64,000 bases of DNA, taken from Lama glama. Its lineage: Eukaryota. The notes under the pieces are model-generated. The model did no database searches. It was given only the letters and a program-made list of their open reading frames with translations, and was not told the origin of the DNA. The stretch's first letter is position 1, and each line of letters begins with the position of its first letter. The DNA is taken from the NCBI GenBank assembly GCA_028534125.1, contig CM052832.1, positions 18,416,001 through 18,480,000 on the forward strand. The letters are read 5' to 3'. Shown here one piece after another: positions 38,890 to 51,597 of the stretch. The position numbers and the translations under genes are program-made.

Positions 38890-40062
38890 CTGAAAGAAAA
38901 AAGACGTGATTTTGTTGCTGAGAGTAGTACAGTTTGTTTTACATAAAGCCAGCTTGTGTTCAAATCCAAGCATTGCTTCTTACTAGCCTTTGTGAGCTTA
39001 AGAAAATCATTCGCTAAGCCTCTGTTTTGTTAAATATAAAGTAGAAAACATACCTGCCACCAAGAATGTTGGGGAGGATTGAATACGCTAATGTATGCTC
39101 AGTGCTTGGTAAAATGCCCGGTATATTGTAAGTGCCTAATATGTGGTAGTAATAACAATGACATCATCATCATCAACTTCTTCTTCTTCAACATTATCAC
39201 TGTCTAAGTCACTCAGAGAAGCCAGGGACCAGAACCAAAAGTTCACATGGTAACTTGCCTTCCCAAAGCCCCTCCTCGGCCATGTAGGACCTCCAGGAAT
39301 CATGGAATATTTGAACAGAAATGAGCCCTTCCCCATCTCTTCTTAATAACCATCAACACTGAGGATCAGAGAAGGAAAATGACACAGCTAATGTCATTGC
39401 CTTTCATTGGAAAGCCCAGAATTTGACCCAGGCCTCAGGACACCCACCTAGTCCCATGACTTTTAAGTGTAAGCCCTTCTTTCTTGCTTCAGATAATGTT
39501 CCATAGGGATTAGTATAAGGTAATACATGAAAGACCAATATATATGAAAAATATCTGATTAGAGTTGACTAAGGCAAAAAATTAATAAATAAAGTGTGAT
39601 AATGGCCAGCAAGGCAATTTTAAAAATGAAAAGTGGCAATGGGGTGTTCTAGCAAGAGAATTAACAAACCATTGTGTTACTATCAATAAAGGAAATCAAG
39701 TACTAAGAAACATTTCTACTGCTGCATGTTTTCCATTAGTCCCTCCAGATCACTCTCCACTTTTTTCCACCCAGCCCTGTGTCCATGAAGGCTAACCCCT
39801 GTGGACACATCAACCAGGCTTCTATCCCTCTGACTGCTGTTTGGTTAAGCCAGTGGAAAGCACTAGAGGAGACCAGAGGCAAAAAGAAGCAGAGTAGAAA
39901 TATTTAGTACCCCAAGTCCCTCCACTGGCTATGATTTGGAGGATCTGCATTCCTCTGCCTCTGGTCACACTCTCCTATAGTTACAGCTCCCTCCCCCTGC
40001 CTTGGAGAGGTGATTACTCCCTACCAATTCCTAGCCCTGGGTTGCTTCACTGTCCCTTATAC

Positions 40063-40150
40063 CTTTCCTTCCCTTCCCTTCCCTTCCCTTCCCTTCCCTC
40101 CCCTCCTCTGCCCTCCCATCCCTTCCCCTCCCCTCCCCTTCTTTTCCTTC
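40063..40150 (+). repeat. (CCCTT/CCCTC)n polypyrimidine repeat at an L1 tail
   Basis: ttcccttcccttcccttccc... directly beside an antisense L1 3'UTR. Confidence 0.85.
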
Positions 40151-40420
40151 TTATAGAAGTATAGTCAGTAACAATGTGTCAATTTCTGGTGCATAGTATA
40201 ATGTCCTAGTCATGCGTGTATATATATATATTTGTTTACATACTCTTCTTCATTAAAGATTACCACAAGATATTGAATACAGTTTCCTGTGCTACACAGA
40301 AATTTGTTTTTTAATCTATTTTTATATATAGTTGTTAACCTTTGCAAATCTCAAACTCCCAGATATATCCCTTCCCACCCACCTTCCCACAGTAACCATA
40401 GATTGTTTACTATGTCTGCA
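40150..40420 (-). mobile_element. L1 3'UTR (artiodactyl-type), antisense
   Basis: agaagtatagtcagtaacaatgtgtcaatttctggt...caagatattgaatacagtttcctgtgctacaca...tttgcaaatctcaaactccc; reverse counterpart of 52996-53320. Confidence 0.8.
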
Positions 40421-41416
40421 AGCACTGTTCCTTGTTGATTACCCAAATCCTCATCTTTGTAAATGATCCCTTTATTAAATTCTCTTCAGTGAGTCCTTAT
40501 CATGAGCCTGACTCACAAAAATCTGGGGCTTCAATTTATATTTCCTGAATGAGCCAGGAAAGCCCAAGCTAAGAAATTAAAATGTTGGCAAGTTGGTTAA
40601 ACCATTTGAAAGAGAAAAATGTCAATCAGATTCTTAAAATTCCATCTACATATTGCTTGTAAGTGACACATGTAACAAAAAGACATGGAAAGTTTGAAAG
40701 TTAAAGGATGGATAATATAGTTATATAGCTGTTGTAGTCATAATTATATCAAAAGATATTAAGTCAAAGTATTATTAAGATGAAATGGGTCATCTGTTGG
40801 ATGCAACAGAAAAAAGTTCAATTCACTAGAAAAAATCACAATTCTAAACATGAATGTACTAATAATATAACATCAAAATATACAAACCAAAAATTACAGA
40901 ATTACAAGGAGAAATTCACAACTCTCATCACGAGACATTTTAACATTCTTTTTTCCATAATTGATAGATCAGGCTGACAAAAAAAAAATATAAAGCTATG
41001 GAAGACGAATAACCCAGCATGCTCAGTCTATTAGATATATATAAAGCCCAGCAATTTATAGAGAACATGCACTTTCCTCTGTATAGATAGAATATGTACT
41101 GATTGAGTAAAGATTAGTCAGAAAGTAAGTCTGAACAAGTTTCAATGAATCTATATCACATAGACCATGTTCTCTGACCTCAAAACAATTAGGTTAGAAA
41201 CAAAAAGAAGATCAAACGCCCATTTAAGAAACAGACTGACTTGAACCATGTTGTCATGCCTTCTATAAAAGACAAAAGTAGACCAATCAACTCACTGAAA
41301 TCTGGACATGACTTAAAGCCCTCCCTGGCATCTGTATAGGGTCAAATACAGACTTGCTATTTTTCAGTAGTTGGTGGTGGTGTTGTTTATTCTTATTAGC
41401 TTGAGGGAGAACTGAA

Positions 41417-42306
41417 TACAGGTCCATAATCCTTATCTGAAACCCCTGGGACAAATAGGTTTTGAAATTCAGAATATTTTTGATGTTATAAAGGCAAACA
41501 TAATCTACATTTCCACCCCCAGCAGGGTCTAATGGTCTCTTGTAATCAAATGCATCAATATTTCTGCAGTAAAACACATATTCAAACTAATTGGGATAAA
41601 TAAAGACTTTAAATAGTCTCATATCAGTGCAGCTCAGGTTTGGCCATGATGTCACGCAGACATAAGGGGATCCTTCCATGATCTTGCCTGTTGGTGTTCA
41701 TACCCTTATGCAGTTCCTTCCCTTTGAGTGTGGGCAGGACCTATGAATTGCTCCTGGCCAACAGAATATGGTAAAAATGATGAGATGTGACTCCTGTGAT
41801 TATATTTTATTCTATAAGTCTCTATCTTTCTGGAAGACTTTCTCTAGAGACTCTCCTAAACTCATTTGAAGAAATAATTGACCATGTTGAGAGGCCCATG
41901 TGCGAGCAGCTGAGGGTTGGCTTCTAGAAGCTCAGGGCCCTAAGTCCCATAACCATAAAGAAAGAAATTCTGCCAAGAATCTGAGTGAGCTTGAAAGAGA
42001 ATTCTGCCCCAGTCTAGCCTCCAGATGAGAACACAGCCAGGCCAACACCTTACTTGCAGTTTTGTGAGACCCTAAGCAAAGGACCCAACTAAGCTGTGCC
42101 CAGATTTCTGACCCACAAAACCTGTGTGATAATATACATGTGTTGTTTTAAGCCACTAAATTTGTTGGCAGCAATAGATAATTAATACAGTCACCAAATA
42201 ATTTTAGGTTAGGTCCAATTTTGCAGCAAAACAAATTTTTTAAAAATCCTTAGTTTTCAGAACTTTGCAAATTTTGTAGTTGTGGATAAGAGATTATGCA
42301 ACTGTA
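41417..42306. mobile_element. TcMar-Tigger MITE (MER46C-like) interrupted by an MLT1 LTR
   Basis: TA-flanked inverted ends TAcaggtccataatccttatc ... gataagagattatgcaactgTA. Confidence 0.65.
41656..42189 (+). mobile_element. MaLR LTR (MLT1E-like) nested in the Tigger MITE
   Basis: ccctttgagtgtgggcaggacct...gcctccagatgagaacacagcc...gttttaagccactaaattt...taataca; GTCAC on both sides (41651-41655, 42190-42194). Confidence 0.75.
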
Positions 42307-42862
42307 GCAAGCACAGATTAAGAGAATCAAGGAAGCAGGAAGCTCAGACTTCGGGACTGATAAAATTTGGCTTTAATCGTGGTTCTAATATTTACTATCT
42401 GTGTCACCTGGGTCAAGGCCCTAAAAACATTTGAACCACAGCCCAGAATATTCACTTAACTTTCTTGCATTGCTCTGAGAATTGACCAAAATATTAACAA
42501 TAAACAATATGTTCCAGACACTGTGCTAAAGCACTTTACGTATGTTGATGTACTTAACTTTCATGACAACCCAGTGAAGTGGGAATTGTTAATATTTTCA
42601 TTTATCAGCTGGGGAAACTGAGGAGGTTGTTTGCCTGAAATGACACTGCCAATAAATGAGAAAGCAGGAATTTGAAGGGTCTGCATGGATAATCAATATG
42701 CTATGTCCCTGTTTAAGCACTGGAGCAAATTAAGAAGGGAGAGGGTGACAGCTCCACTGAAAATATCTGAATGACCTCTCCGGCTGTGGGCTTGCCCAGG
42801 GATGAGCTTGTTTACCACTTAAGTTCCCTTCTATCCATAGTATTTAGGGATTCTTCACATAC

Positions 42863-42975
42863 CTTGATAGTTCCTTAACATTTTCTTCACATCAAAGTAA
42901 AGCTCAGAAACATTGCATACAGTTCGAAGGTTTAAAGAGGGAATCTCTGGTGTTTCCACCTTCACAGCCCAACTC
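42863..42975 (-). CDS. TRIM38: TRIM38 coding exon 5 (113 bp)
   Basis: tctag|G AGT TGG GCT GTG...AAC TAT CAA G|gtatgt; (R)[37 protein letters not shown]; phases fit. Confidence 0.9.
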
Positions 42976-43071
42976 CTAGAATAAGCAGAGGTCAAAGACT
43001 TCTTCAGTGGTAATTTCCATTCAGTTCTAGCTACCCACACCCCTTCCCTCCTGCATTTGTATAGGACTCAC

Positions 43072-43094
43072 CTGCTCAAAGTGTCTTTCACATT
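43072..43094 (-). CDS. TRIM38: TRIM38 coding exon 4 (23-bp exon typical of TRIM-B30.2 genes)
   Basis: ccatag|AATGTGAAAGACACTTTGAGCAG|gtgagt (NVKDTLSR). Confidence 0.9.
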
Positions 43095-44099
43095 CTATGG
43101 AGAAACAAAGACAAAAGGTAAATGTGGGAACATCAGTATTTCATGGAGCTTGCCATGTGAGGCTGTTCTCTCTAAACGTTCCTTTGAAAGAAGTAAAGAG
43201 AGTGACTCTGGCCTTGGATATTGATGGATTCCCAGACAGAATGATTTCCATCCCAGCTCCCTGGGATAGTCAGCCTATCAGGATGTTTATCCATTATTTT
43301 CCTTGCTGAGATCTGTAGGGAGCTGCAGCGTCTGCAATCACACCTGCCTGTGGTCTGCTTGGGGAAGAGGGCCAGGAGCTTTGGCCATGCTCCCTCTGGG
43401 AGGACTTGTTTTCAGTGACTTGATTTCCTTCAGTGTGAGCCCACGTTAAAGATCACTTAGCACAAAGGTCCTTAGTGGTGAATCCATGCATAGCCCCTGA
43501 CACTGGGCCATGAAGCTGGTGGCAGCCGTACCATACTGTGTTGGAGCAGTCATGTTACAACCTTACAGTGTAACCTCCAGTTCTGTTAGTGGGAACTAGA
43601 ATCAACAGCTCCAGGCATAGATTGTCTTATTGGGCTGTATCCTTCACACGGCTGAAAGAAGGCCATCTTAGAGCTTTGGAGGGCTTAGTCAAATTGGGAG
43701 AAGGTTATCACCTATTTTGGCTACCTTATTTTATCACCCATCAGTCATCTGGAGAAGTATTTCAGAAGACAGTTTGACAGGGTTCCATGAACATGGGACA
43801 CAGGCAAATGGTAGTGAAAGTTATCCCATGGTCCCCTTTGGCCAAGGAACCTACTGTATCCTCCCAGTGGGGGAATATTTTTCTGATTCACCAAAAGACA
43901 CCCTTCAGATTAGTAGAGGCCACCTTGCAGACATTGGTGTGTCTCTAAAAGAAACATTACTTTAAATTCCCTACACTAATGTGCCACTCTTGAGTGAAAC
44001 AGGCAGGCCTTGCCAGTCTTCCCACGTTTCCTCACCATCATCCTCCTAAAAGTTCAGGAACAAATACCTTCTTTCTGTTCTCCAAGTGCATAGCCTTAC

Positions 44100-44330
44100 C
44101 TGCAGCAATTTCTGGGCTGAGCCCTGACTTTTGTTCTCTAGTTCCAGGATGTGGTTCTTGAGTTCATGGCTCTTTTGTTCAAGGTTGGCCTCATTGTCTC
44201 TCAGTCTCCTCAGAGTCTGCTCTTTTTCTTTCTCCAGTTTCCATAGATAACACTTCTCTTCCTCATGCAGAAAACTCTGGAGATTCTTAAAGTCAGACTG
44301 GATTTTTTGTCTCTGAATCTCTATTTTCTC
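44100..44330 (-). CDS. TRIM38: TRIM38 coding exon 3 (231 bp, coiled coil)
   Basis: ctctag|GAG AAA ATA GAG ATT CAG...TTG CTG CAG|gtaagg; [30 protein letters not shown]...QKLLQ. Confidence 0.92.
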
Positions 44331-44351
44331 CTAGAGTCAAGAAAGAGTTCT

Positions 44352-44810
44352 CAAAAGGTAGAAACAAACCAAATGTCCATTGATGGATGAATTGGTAAAC
44401 AAAATGTAGTATAGAGATACAATGGAATGCTATTCAGTCTTAAAAAGGAATGAAATTCTGATACCTACTACAACATGGATGAATCTTGAAGACATTATGC
44501 TAAGTGAAATAAGCCAGAAAAAAACACAAATATCTTATGATGCCACTTTTATGAGCTACCCAGAAGAATCAAGTTCATAGAGACAGGAAGTAGAATAGTG
44601 GCTACTTGGAGTTGGGAGGAGGAGGGAATGGAGAGTTATTATTAAATGAGTAGAGAGTTTCAGTTCAGGATAATGAAAAACTTCTGGAGGTGGATAGTGG
44701 TGATGGTTGCATGACACTGGGAAGGTACTTAATGTCACTGAACTGTTCACAAACAGTTAAACAGTTGATTTTGTTACGTATATTTTAGCACGTATATACA
44801 CAAAATAAAG
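44352..44810 (+). mobile_element. L1MB-like 3' end
   Basis: aaaaggtagaaacaaaccaaatgtccattgatggatgaatt...aacatggatgaatcttgaagacattatgctaagtgaaataagccag...gatagtggtgatggttgc. Confidence 0.88.
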
Positions 44811-46243
44811 TTCATGCAGCTACCATAACATTACTTTCCCATGAGTCATTTGAGCTGGAAGAATGTTCCAAATTCCCTGCTGCAGAGCCAGGCCTGGGAG
44901 GCAGGTACTCAGATGTGGCAGAGGTTGTCACAATTCTCTATAGTCACCTGACTAATTTCCTTCTTCAGCTAAGGTGCAAGAGAGAGGGGTGGGAGTGGTA
45001 GATAATTTAACCCTGGAATCAGGGCTGAGGTCAAACACTTTATCAGTTACAAAGATAAAAATGGGTTTTTATGTGGGGTGTAAAAGGTATCTCTGGGTCT
45101 GAGGAAAATTCTTGAAGCAAAAGTTTGTAACGAACATCACCAAGACTGGAATTTAAGGTAACCAGACTAGTAGGAGAGTCCATGGGGGAGGTCTGGGGAG
45201 CAGGTTTTATGTCATAGTTAACTGTGAAATATTTACCTACCAACCCAGGGTGCACTTACTCATTCTTATGTGTAAGACTGACAGAAACCAAATGATACAT
45301 CTTGTGGGACTCAGCTTTCATTTTAGGAGATCAGAATTGCAGTTTCCGTTAGTGCTTTCTCGATTCATGAAGTGTTTCAATGACCGTGATGTAGCAGAAG
45401 GGTCATTGATGGGGTTTCCCTATATCTTAGTTATAATCAAGATCTTCCCCACTGCCCAAGATCCCAGAAATGAGGGAAGTAAGACTGTCCTCTAAGATTT
45501 CAAGTTTAACAACCGTACACAAAGGATTGGGGCAGAGAGGTTGGAAGGTTGGAAGAGACCTCTAAAAGAGGTAAATATCTACCAGCCTGTAGGATTTGAC
45601 TGTGAAATGATGGATTACATAAATATTTCAGTAAAGGAATGCATCTCTGATCATGGGAGGCTGGTCAGCCAAGGAAATAGTCTTAGACACCCTAGAATCT
45701 GCAGTGGTAAATGTGTAGGTTCTTGGAGCACTTTGATCCTTCTTATAAATCAAATCAATTTCCTTTATCAGCCTCATGAGCTTGAGTAATATTTATCTCA
45801 ACCTGGAGCTATTCTGTTTACTTAGTGCTCACAAAGGTTGGTTTCTGAGCCTGTAAGGCTGGGAGCTACACCCTGCCCTGTGCTACATGTACCAAAGCAA
45901 CAAGGCTCAACAGGCCTTCAAACCAGGAAGGTATTTTGAGATATTTAAAAATTGAAACCCAGTCAAGAATGACTCTATGTAGAGGCACACCAATTTTGCT
46001 TCCACTGACTGAGGTATTAGAATCCTAGTCAATTACTATTGAAAAGTTGAAAGGGTTGGAGACAAATTCTCATAGATGTAGACAACGAGGGACATAAAAA
46101 CAACTAATGGCTTCTTCTTTGGGTTTTATCTATTTGGCCTGGTTGGATGAGAATAAGCCGTTCATTATGCGTTGCCCAATAATCCCCTATGCCTAAACTC
46201 TAGGAAGGACAACAGCTTGAGATCAATAAACCCAAACTCTTAC

Positions 46244-46339
46244 ATTCCATTCTGTTATTCGGTTTGCCGTGAACACCTTCAGGTTCATACATTCTTCTTC
46301 TAGTTGCTTCAATTTTGTCACAGCTTTCTGGAGCTGTTC
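46244..46339 (-). CDS. TRIM38: TRIM38 coding exon 2 (96 bp, coiled coil)
   Basis: cctttag|GAA CAG CTC CAG...TGG AAT|gtaaga; [32 protein letters not shown]. Confidence 0.92.
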
Positions 46340-48143
46340 CTAAAGGAAAAATAGGGTGAATAAAGCCTTTTCAACTCAACAACTCTTCACTGGGCACCTA
46401 AGGGGCAAGCCAGCCCTCCAAGACTATTAGAATAACACTGAATATGTATTGAGTCCTGACCCTGCCAGGAAGTATGTTTCAGGCTTCATGTGCAGCAGCA
46501 TACCTGATCCCCTTGGGAACCCTGAACAGTTAGGATTTTTAACATCATTTCTATGCTACAGAAGCTGAGGCTTAGGAAGGGGGTAAATAACTTGCCCAAG
46601 ATGCTATACCTGGTAGGTGGCTGAGCTGTGACCCCAGCTCATCTGCTGACCCAGAGGCTGTGCTCTCTCTACCACTAACAGTCAGGGAAATATTGCATGC
46701 TAAACAATAATCATCCAAAAAGACTTTCTAAAATAATGTGCTGAACCAAACATAACCAATGCCAGAGTGTTTGGCACACAGGGACCTAAGTATGTATTAT
46801 AGTGAGTCAGGAAGGAAAGACCTAGATGCCAGCTGAAGTTACTAGAAACAATTAATGGAGGAAGGGATCTCTGATATCTTTTGAAGCCATTTAAAAATGA
46901 CTTAGTATCCATATCGAGCTTTTAGGTTATTTTTCAAAATAGTTTCTCACATTTTCATGGAAAGCAAGTTTAAGCTGAACCAAATTGCTAGCTGTGGTCA
47001 ATATTAAAAGAATTGGCTCCTGTCCTAAACCCAGTAAGTATACTGTCATTAATTCTCGAGTACCCTCAATAAAGCGCTCTGTGGAACTGTTAGCAAAGGA
47101 CTGTGCTGCCCTTGCTATGTGCCAAGTGCTATTCTAAGCTTCACATGTATTAATGTCCTTAAAGCTGATAACAACCTTCCGGGCCTGTGTGCTGGGGAGG
47201 CAGGAAATGACTATTATCCCCATTGACGGTTGGGGAATCCAAGGCCTGAAGACATATTTATTGAAACTTGCTTAGGGTTACCCATCTAGTAAGTAGCAGG
47301 ACTAAGATTTCAAACTAAGCAGACTGACTCCTGAGGCTTAGAACCACCACCCAATGCTGCTCCTTTGCTTACTACTTGGTTGGAAAATAATTCCAATGGG
47401 ACTATCCCCCTTATAGTTATTAGCTGCTCCATGGAGTTTAAGGAAGAGCTGCTGCATTCTGCGTGGTGATCAGTGTTGACATGTCCTGATGGAGAACCCA
47501 GAACCTTAATAGAAGACCCTCCTCCTCCTCGTGGGGGAGGCAATGAGGAGCCCACACTGGGGACAACGATTTTCTCAAATCTGGGCAAGGCAGGGAAAGA
47601 ATAAGGCAGTAGGGCTATGCTCACCCCTTCGTTCCACCACAGCCAACATCACCTTCTTTCACACTTGAGTGAGCCCTAGGAGTTATCCCAAACCTCTCCC
47701 TCCTCTTCATCCTCCATAACCAACCATTTCCAAATCCTTTCACTCACTCCCCTTCCTGAATCTGGCTTATAACTGCTCCCTCTCCCCCTTCTTAGAGGAA
47801 TAATCTGAATTTTACTCCTTGATATTCCTTTCATTATAGCAGTACCAGAATGCTCTTTCCAGTGTCAACCAGATCCTTCACTCTGCAAATGAAAATTCCC
47901 CAGTGGCCAGTACTTCTCTGGGCTAGGATTTAGACTCTGAGCTGACATCAAGCTTCTGGGTCCAGAATCCATTTCCCATGACATCACCCACCTTCCCTGG
48001 ACATACCCCCTGGCCTGGTCACAGTGGGCCAGGTAAGCTCCTGTGGCTGTGCCTCTGCACACCTGGGCCCCTCTGTCTAGAGTGCCCTCTCTCTTCTCCA
48101 TACTGCTATATTTGGCTCATTTGGGGGGAGTGTGGTAATAAGG

Positions 48144-48231
48144 TTTGTTTTTTTATTTATTTATTAACGGAGGTATTGGGGATTGAACCCAGGATCTTGG
48201 CATGCACTCTACCCCTGAGCTATACCTTCCC
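48144..48231 (-). mobile_element. tRNA-derived SINE, camelid Vic-1-like
   Basis: Minus strand GGGAAGGTATAGCTCAGGGGTAGAGTGCATGCCAAGATCCTGGGTTCAATCCCCAATACCTCC plus (AAAT)n/A tail; A and B boxes present, anticodon arm shortened. Confidence 0.75.
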
Positions 48232-48778
48232 ATGTACATATGGTTCATTGTAATGTGTTCCTCAAGAGTCACCTTTGGGAAGATTCCTCAGTTATTACTC
48301 CCCAGCCCTTGGTGTCCCTCTCCACCATCCAAACCAGGGCACTCCGGGCAATTCTTTTGCTGGCTTGTCTTCCCTACTAGACTATAGGATACCTAGAAGG
48401 CAGCGTGTCTTTGTCCCCTGTGTTTTCAGACTTTCTCCCATGGTCTTTCACATGGTGGTTCCTCAAATTACACACACAGCATGAGTGAAAAAAGCACGCA
48501 GATGTGCACTGGAGCATGTGGCATTCTAGAGTGAGGAGAGGTTCATCAGAGCAAGAGTGGATAGGAACAAGAGTCTGACCATCTCGCTGAAAGTCAAGAG
48601 AGACTGTCAGGACTTGGTTCAGTGAGGACCCATCATACACCACTTTCCAGAAGAAGGACATAATGAAAGCTATATTTCAGGATCCTAATCTTGGGTTTCA
48701 GGCTAAAGAGTCTCAGGTCTCCGGGGGGAGGCAACATGGGACCCAGTACCTGCCAAAGCCCCCTGGCCCACTACTCAC

Positions 48779-49186
48779 CTTGTAGCCTTGGCATGCATCT
48801 TCAACAAGAGCTGTGACGTGCCCTTTGTGCTGCGGTCCCCGCTCACAGCGCCAGCAGATGAGCTGGCCCTCGTCTTCGCAGAACAGATGGAGCTTCTCTC
48901 CATGATCCTTACATGACATTTCACAGTCCATCTCCTTGATAGCTTCAATGAGGCTTCCCAGCTGCTTATTGGGTCGGAGGCTCGACATTCCAAATGGCAT
49001 CCGACACTGGGGACAGGAGAACGTCTCCAGCCGTGGTTGTGTCTGGCAGAGATTCTGAAGAAACCTCACTATGCACGAGTGGCAGTAGCTGTGTCCACAG
49101 TTGATGCTCACCGGCTCAGTCATCAGATGCAGGCAGATGGGGCAGGTGGCTTCCTCCCTCATCTTGGTGGCTGGGGATGAGGCCAT
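48779..49186 (-). CDS. TRIM38: TRIM38 coding exon 1 (RING and B-box 2)
   Basis: [38 protein letters not shown]...CPQC (C3HC4), [23 protein letters not shown] (B-box); donor AAG|gtgagt. The six exons sum to 1395 bp (464 aa plus stop). Confidence 0.93.
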
Positions 49187-50454
49187 GGCTTGTCCTGAAA
49201 AGCTCCAATGTCGGATCTAGAGGCAGAGATGAAGCCACCAGAATTTTCCTAACAGCGATGGAAATTCACTTCACCTGAGCCTTTGTGCAATGTACTGGCT
49301 GCCCCTGGCCTCCACAGGTCATGAGGTCTTCTCTATAGAAAGAAGAAATAAATTGGAATTTAGAAGATGCATAAAATGTAGCTGTGTTGTAGAATATGTG
49401 GCCACTCAAGTTTAATTACAATTAAATAGAATTTAAAGTTTAGTTTCTCACACCCACTAGCCACATTTCAGTTGCAGGTGACTGGTGGCTGCATGAGAGC
49501 CCACATATAGAACACCTCAGCGTTGCAGAAAGTTTTCTTAGACCAAGCACTGAGAGAGAGAGAATCCAGGCAGGCTTCCTCACCAAAGCTGCAGCAAGAG
49601 AGAGAGAACTCAGTGAAGGGCTGTCAAACTCTTTCTTAGTCTAATGAACATCACGGATAATTAGTACCAGACTTATTTGTCACTGGTAGTAACACCTAGG
49701 TAATTGGGTGGTCTGTGAAGGACTCCATTGAAACAATCAAATTTGATTCTAATTAACCCCCACCCCCACCCCACAAAGAACAAGAGTCCCCAGTGGAGAC
49801 CCAACCAGGATGATAATGAAAGTAAACAAGACAACCAGAAGAACAAGGCGGTCCTTTTTGCCCTCCCTGACCTGAGGGAAAGAGAATTGGAAAGAGGGCT
49901 GGAAAGCACGAGAAGGGCTTGGTTGTGGAGAGCAGAGGTCCTGGAGAGCTTAGCGAGGTGACGGTCTCTTCTCCAGACCAGGACTTGTCTCTCAGGAGAA
50001 GTTTGAGGTGACTGGAACACAGGGAGTTTGCAGAACCCACGATGTGGGGAGGTGGGAAGCAGATGGGGAAGGCCGGGCCTCTGTGCTGGACCCTGTAGTG
50101 TCCACCAGTGAGGACCCGACAACCAGACACCACACAGGGGTGACCAGGAGCAAGGAGTCGGCCCCCTAGGCCTGTTCCCTGCTCTCCCACTGCCAGGTGC
50201 TCGTCAGGGAGGGCAGTGGAGGCTGGAGGAAGTTTACAGAGTGACCTTTCCTTTGAACAGACAATGGCAGAAGCAAAAGCAGTGATTCAACTAAAGTTAC
50301 TGGGGAGGCTAGTTCCTCTAACACAGGAGCCTTCTCTTAGAGCCTTTGTCCAAGGGATACACTGGGCTCCTCCCCTCCAGGAATGCTGTGCCCGCGGGGA
50401 GAAGGACCTCCCCTCCTCTGAGGCCCGGGGTGCCTGTGTGGGACTTTCACTCAC

Positions 50455-50490
50455 CTTACATCCTGGATCCTCTGAGATTAGACATGGAGT
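50455..50490 (-). other. Candidate TRIM38 5'UTR exon
   Basis: ctttctctttcaccag| 36 nt |gtgagt on the minus strand, within the CpG/C-rich region upstream of the CDS. Confidence 0.4.
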
Positions 50491-50539
50491 CTGGTGAAAG
50501 AGAAAGCAGACAGGGTGTGAGAGCTACGAAGTCAAGTCC

Positions 50540-50773
50540 TGACCATTTTCAGAGTCCCGGCGGCTGTTAACAGGAAACAACCCCCCCACCCCTCCCCAGG
50601 CCCCCCCCCCCGCCTCCCCCCCGAGCCCCGGCCCCCACCCCCCCGACATCCCCCCGCCCCGGGCCCACCCCCGCACGCTCACATATGCTCACGCGTCCTA
50701 GCCCTCCACCCAGAAGAGCGGGGCCTGGGCTGTTCCTTCACCTACAGCGGTCACATTCGCTGCTAGTCCCTCC
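50540..50773 (-). promoter_or_regulatory. GC-rich 5' region of TRIM38, truncated by gap
   Basis: CpG- and C-run-rich tract, CCCCGCCCC box, candidate donor TAG|gtgaag near 50740. Confidence 0.5.
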
Positions 50774-51273
50774 NNNNNNNNNNNNNNNNNNNNNNNNNNN
50801 NNNNNNNNNNNNNNNNNNNNNNNNNNNNNNNNNNNNNNNNNNNNNNNNNNNNNNNNNNNNNNNNNNNNNNNNNNNNNNNNNNNNNNNNNNNNNNNNNNNN
50901 NNNNNNNNNNNNNNNNNNNNNNNNNNNNNNNNNNNNNNNNNNNNNNNNNNNNNNNNNNNNNNNNNNNNNNNNNNNNNNNNNNNNNNNNNNNNNNNNNNNN
51001 NNNNNNNNNNNNNNNNNNNNNNNNNNNNNNNNNNNNNNNNNNNNNNNNNNNNNNNNNNNNNNNNNNNNNNNNNNNNNNNNNNNNNNNNNNNNNNNNNNNN
51101 NNNNNNNNNNNNNNNNNNNNNNNNNNNNNNNNNNNNNNNNNNNNNNNNNNNNNNNNNNNNNNNNNNNNNNNNNNNNNNNNNNNNNNNNNNNNNNNNNNNN
51201 NNNNNNNNNNNNNNNNNNNNNNNNNNNNNNNNNNNNNNNNNNNNNNNNNNNNNNNNNNNNNNNNNNNNNNNNN
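50774..51273. other. Assembly gap (500 N)
   Basis: Run of N. Confidence 0.99.
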
Positions 51274-51597
51274 AATATAATTGCAAGTGTCTTTATAAAG
51301 AGGGAGATAGAAGGGTCAGAGTTAGAAAGATCTAAAGATGCTATGCTGCTGCCTTTAAAGATGGAGGAAGTGGTTATGAGCCAAGGAAGGCAGGTGACCT
51401 CTAGAAACTAGAAAAGGTAAGAAATTAGATTCTCCCATAGAGCCACCAGGGAGAGTGTGGCCCTGCTGACATTTTGGTTTCTGGCCCAATGAAACCCATT
51501 TTGGACTTCTAACCTTCAGAACTATAAGAATAAACGTGTTGTTTTAAGTCATAACTTTTTGTTAATTTATAACAGCAAGAATAGAACACTAATACAG
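51274..51597 (+). mobile_element. MaLR LTR (MLT1D-like)
   Basis: gagccaaggaaggcaggtgacctctagaa...gattctcccatagagccacca...ggacttctaaccttcagaactataaga...aacactaataca. Confidence 0.85.

Noticed and set aside
48160..48231. tRNA gene
   Set aside because: Anticodon arm is truncated and an A-rich tail follows; better explained as a SINE.
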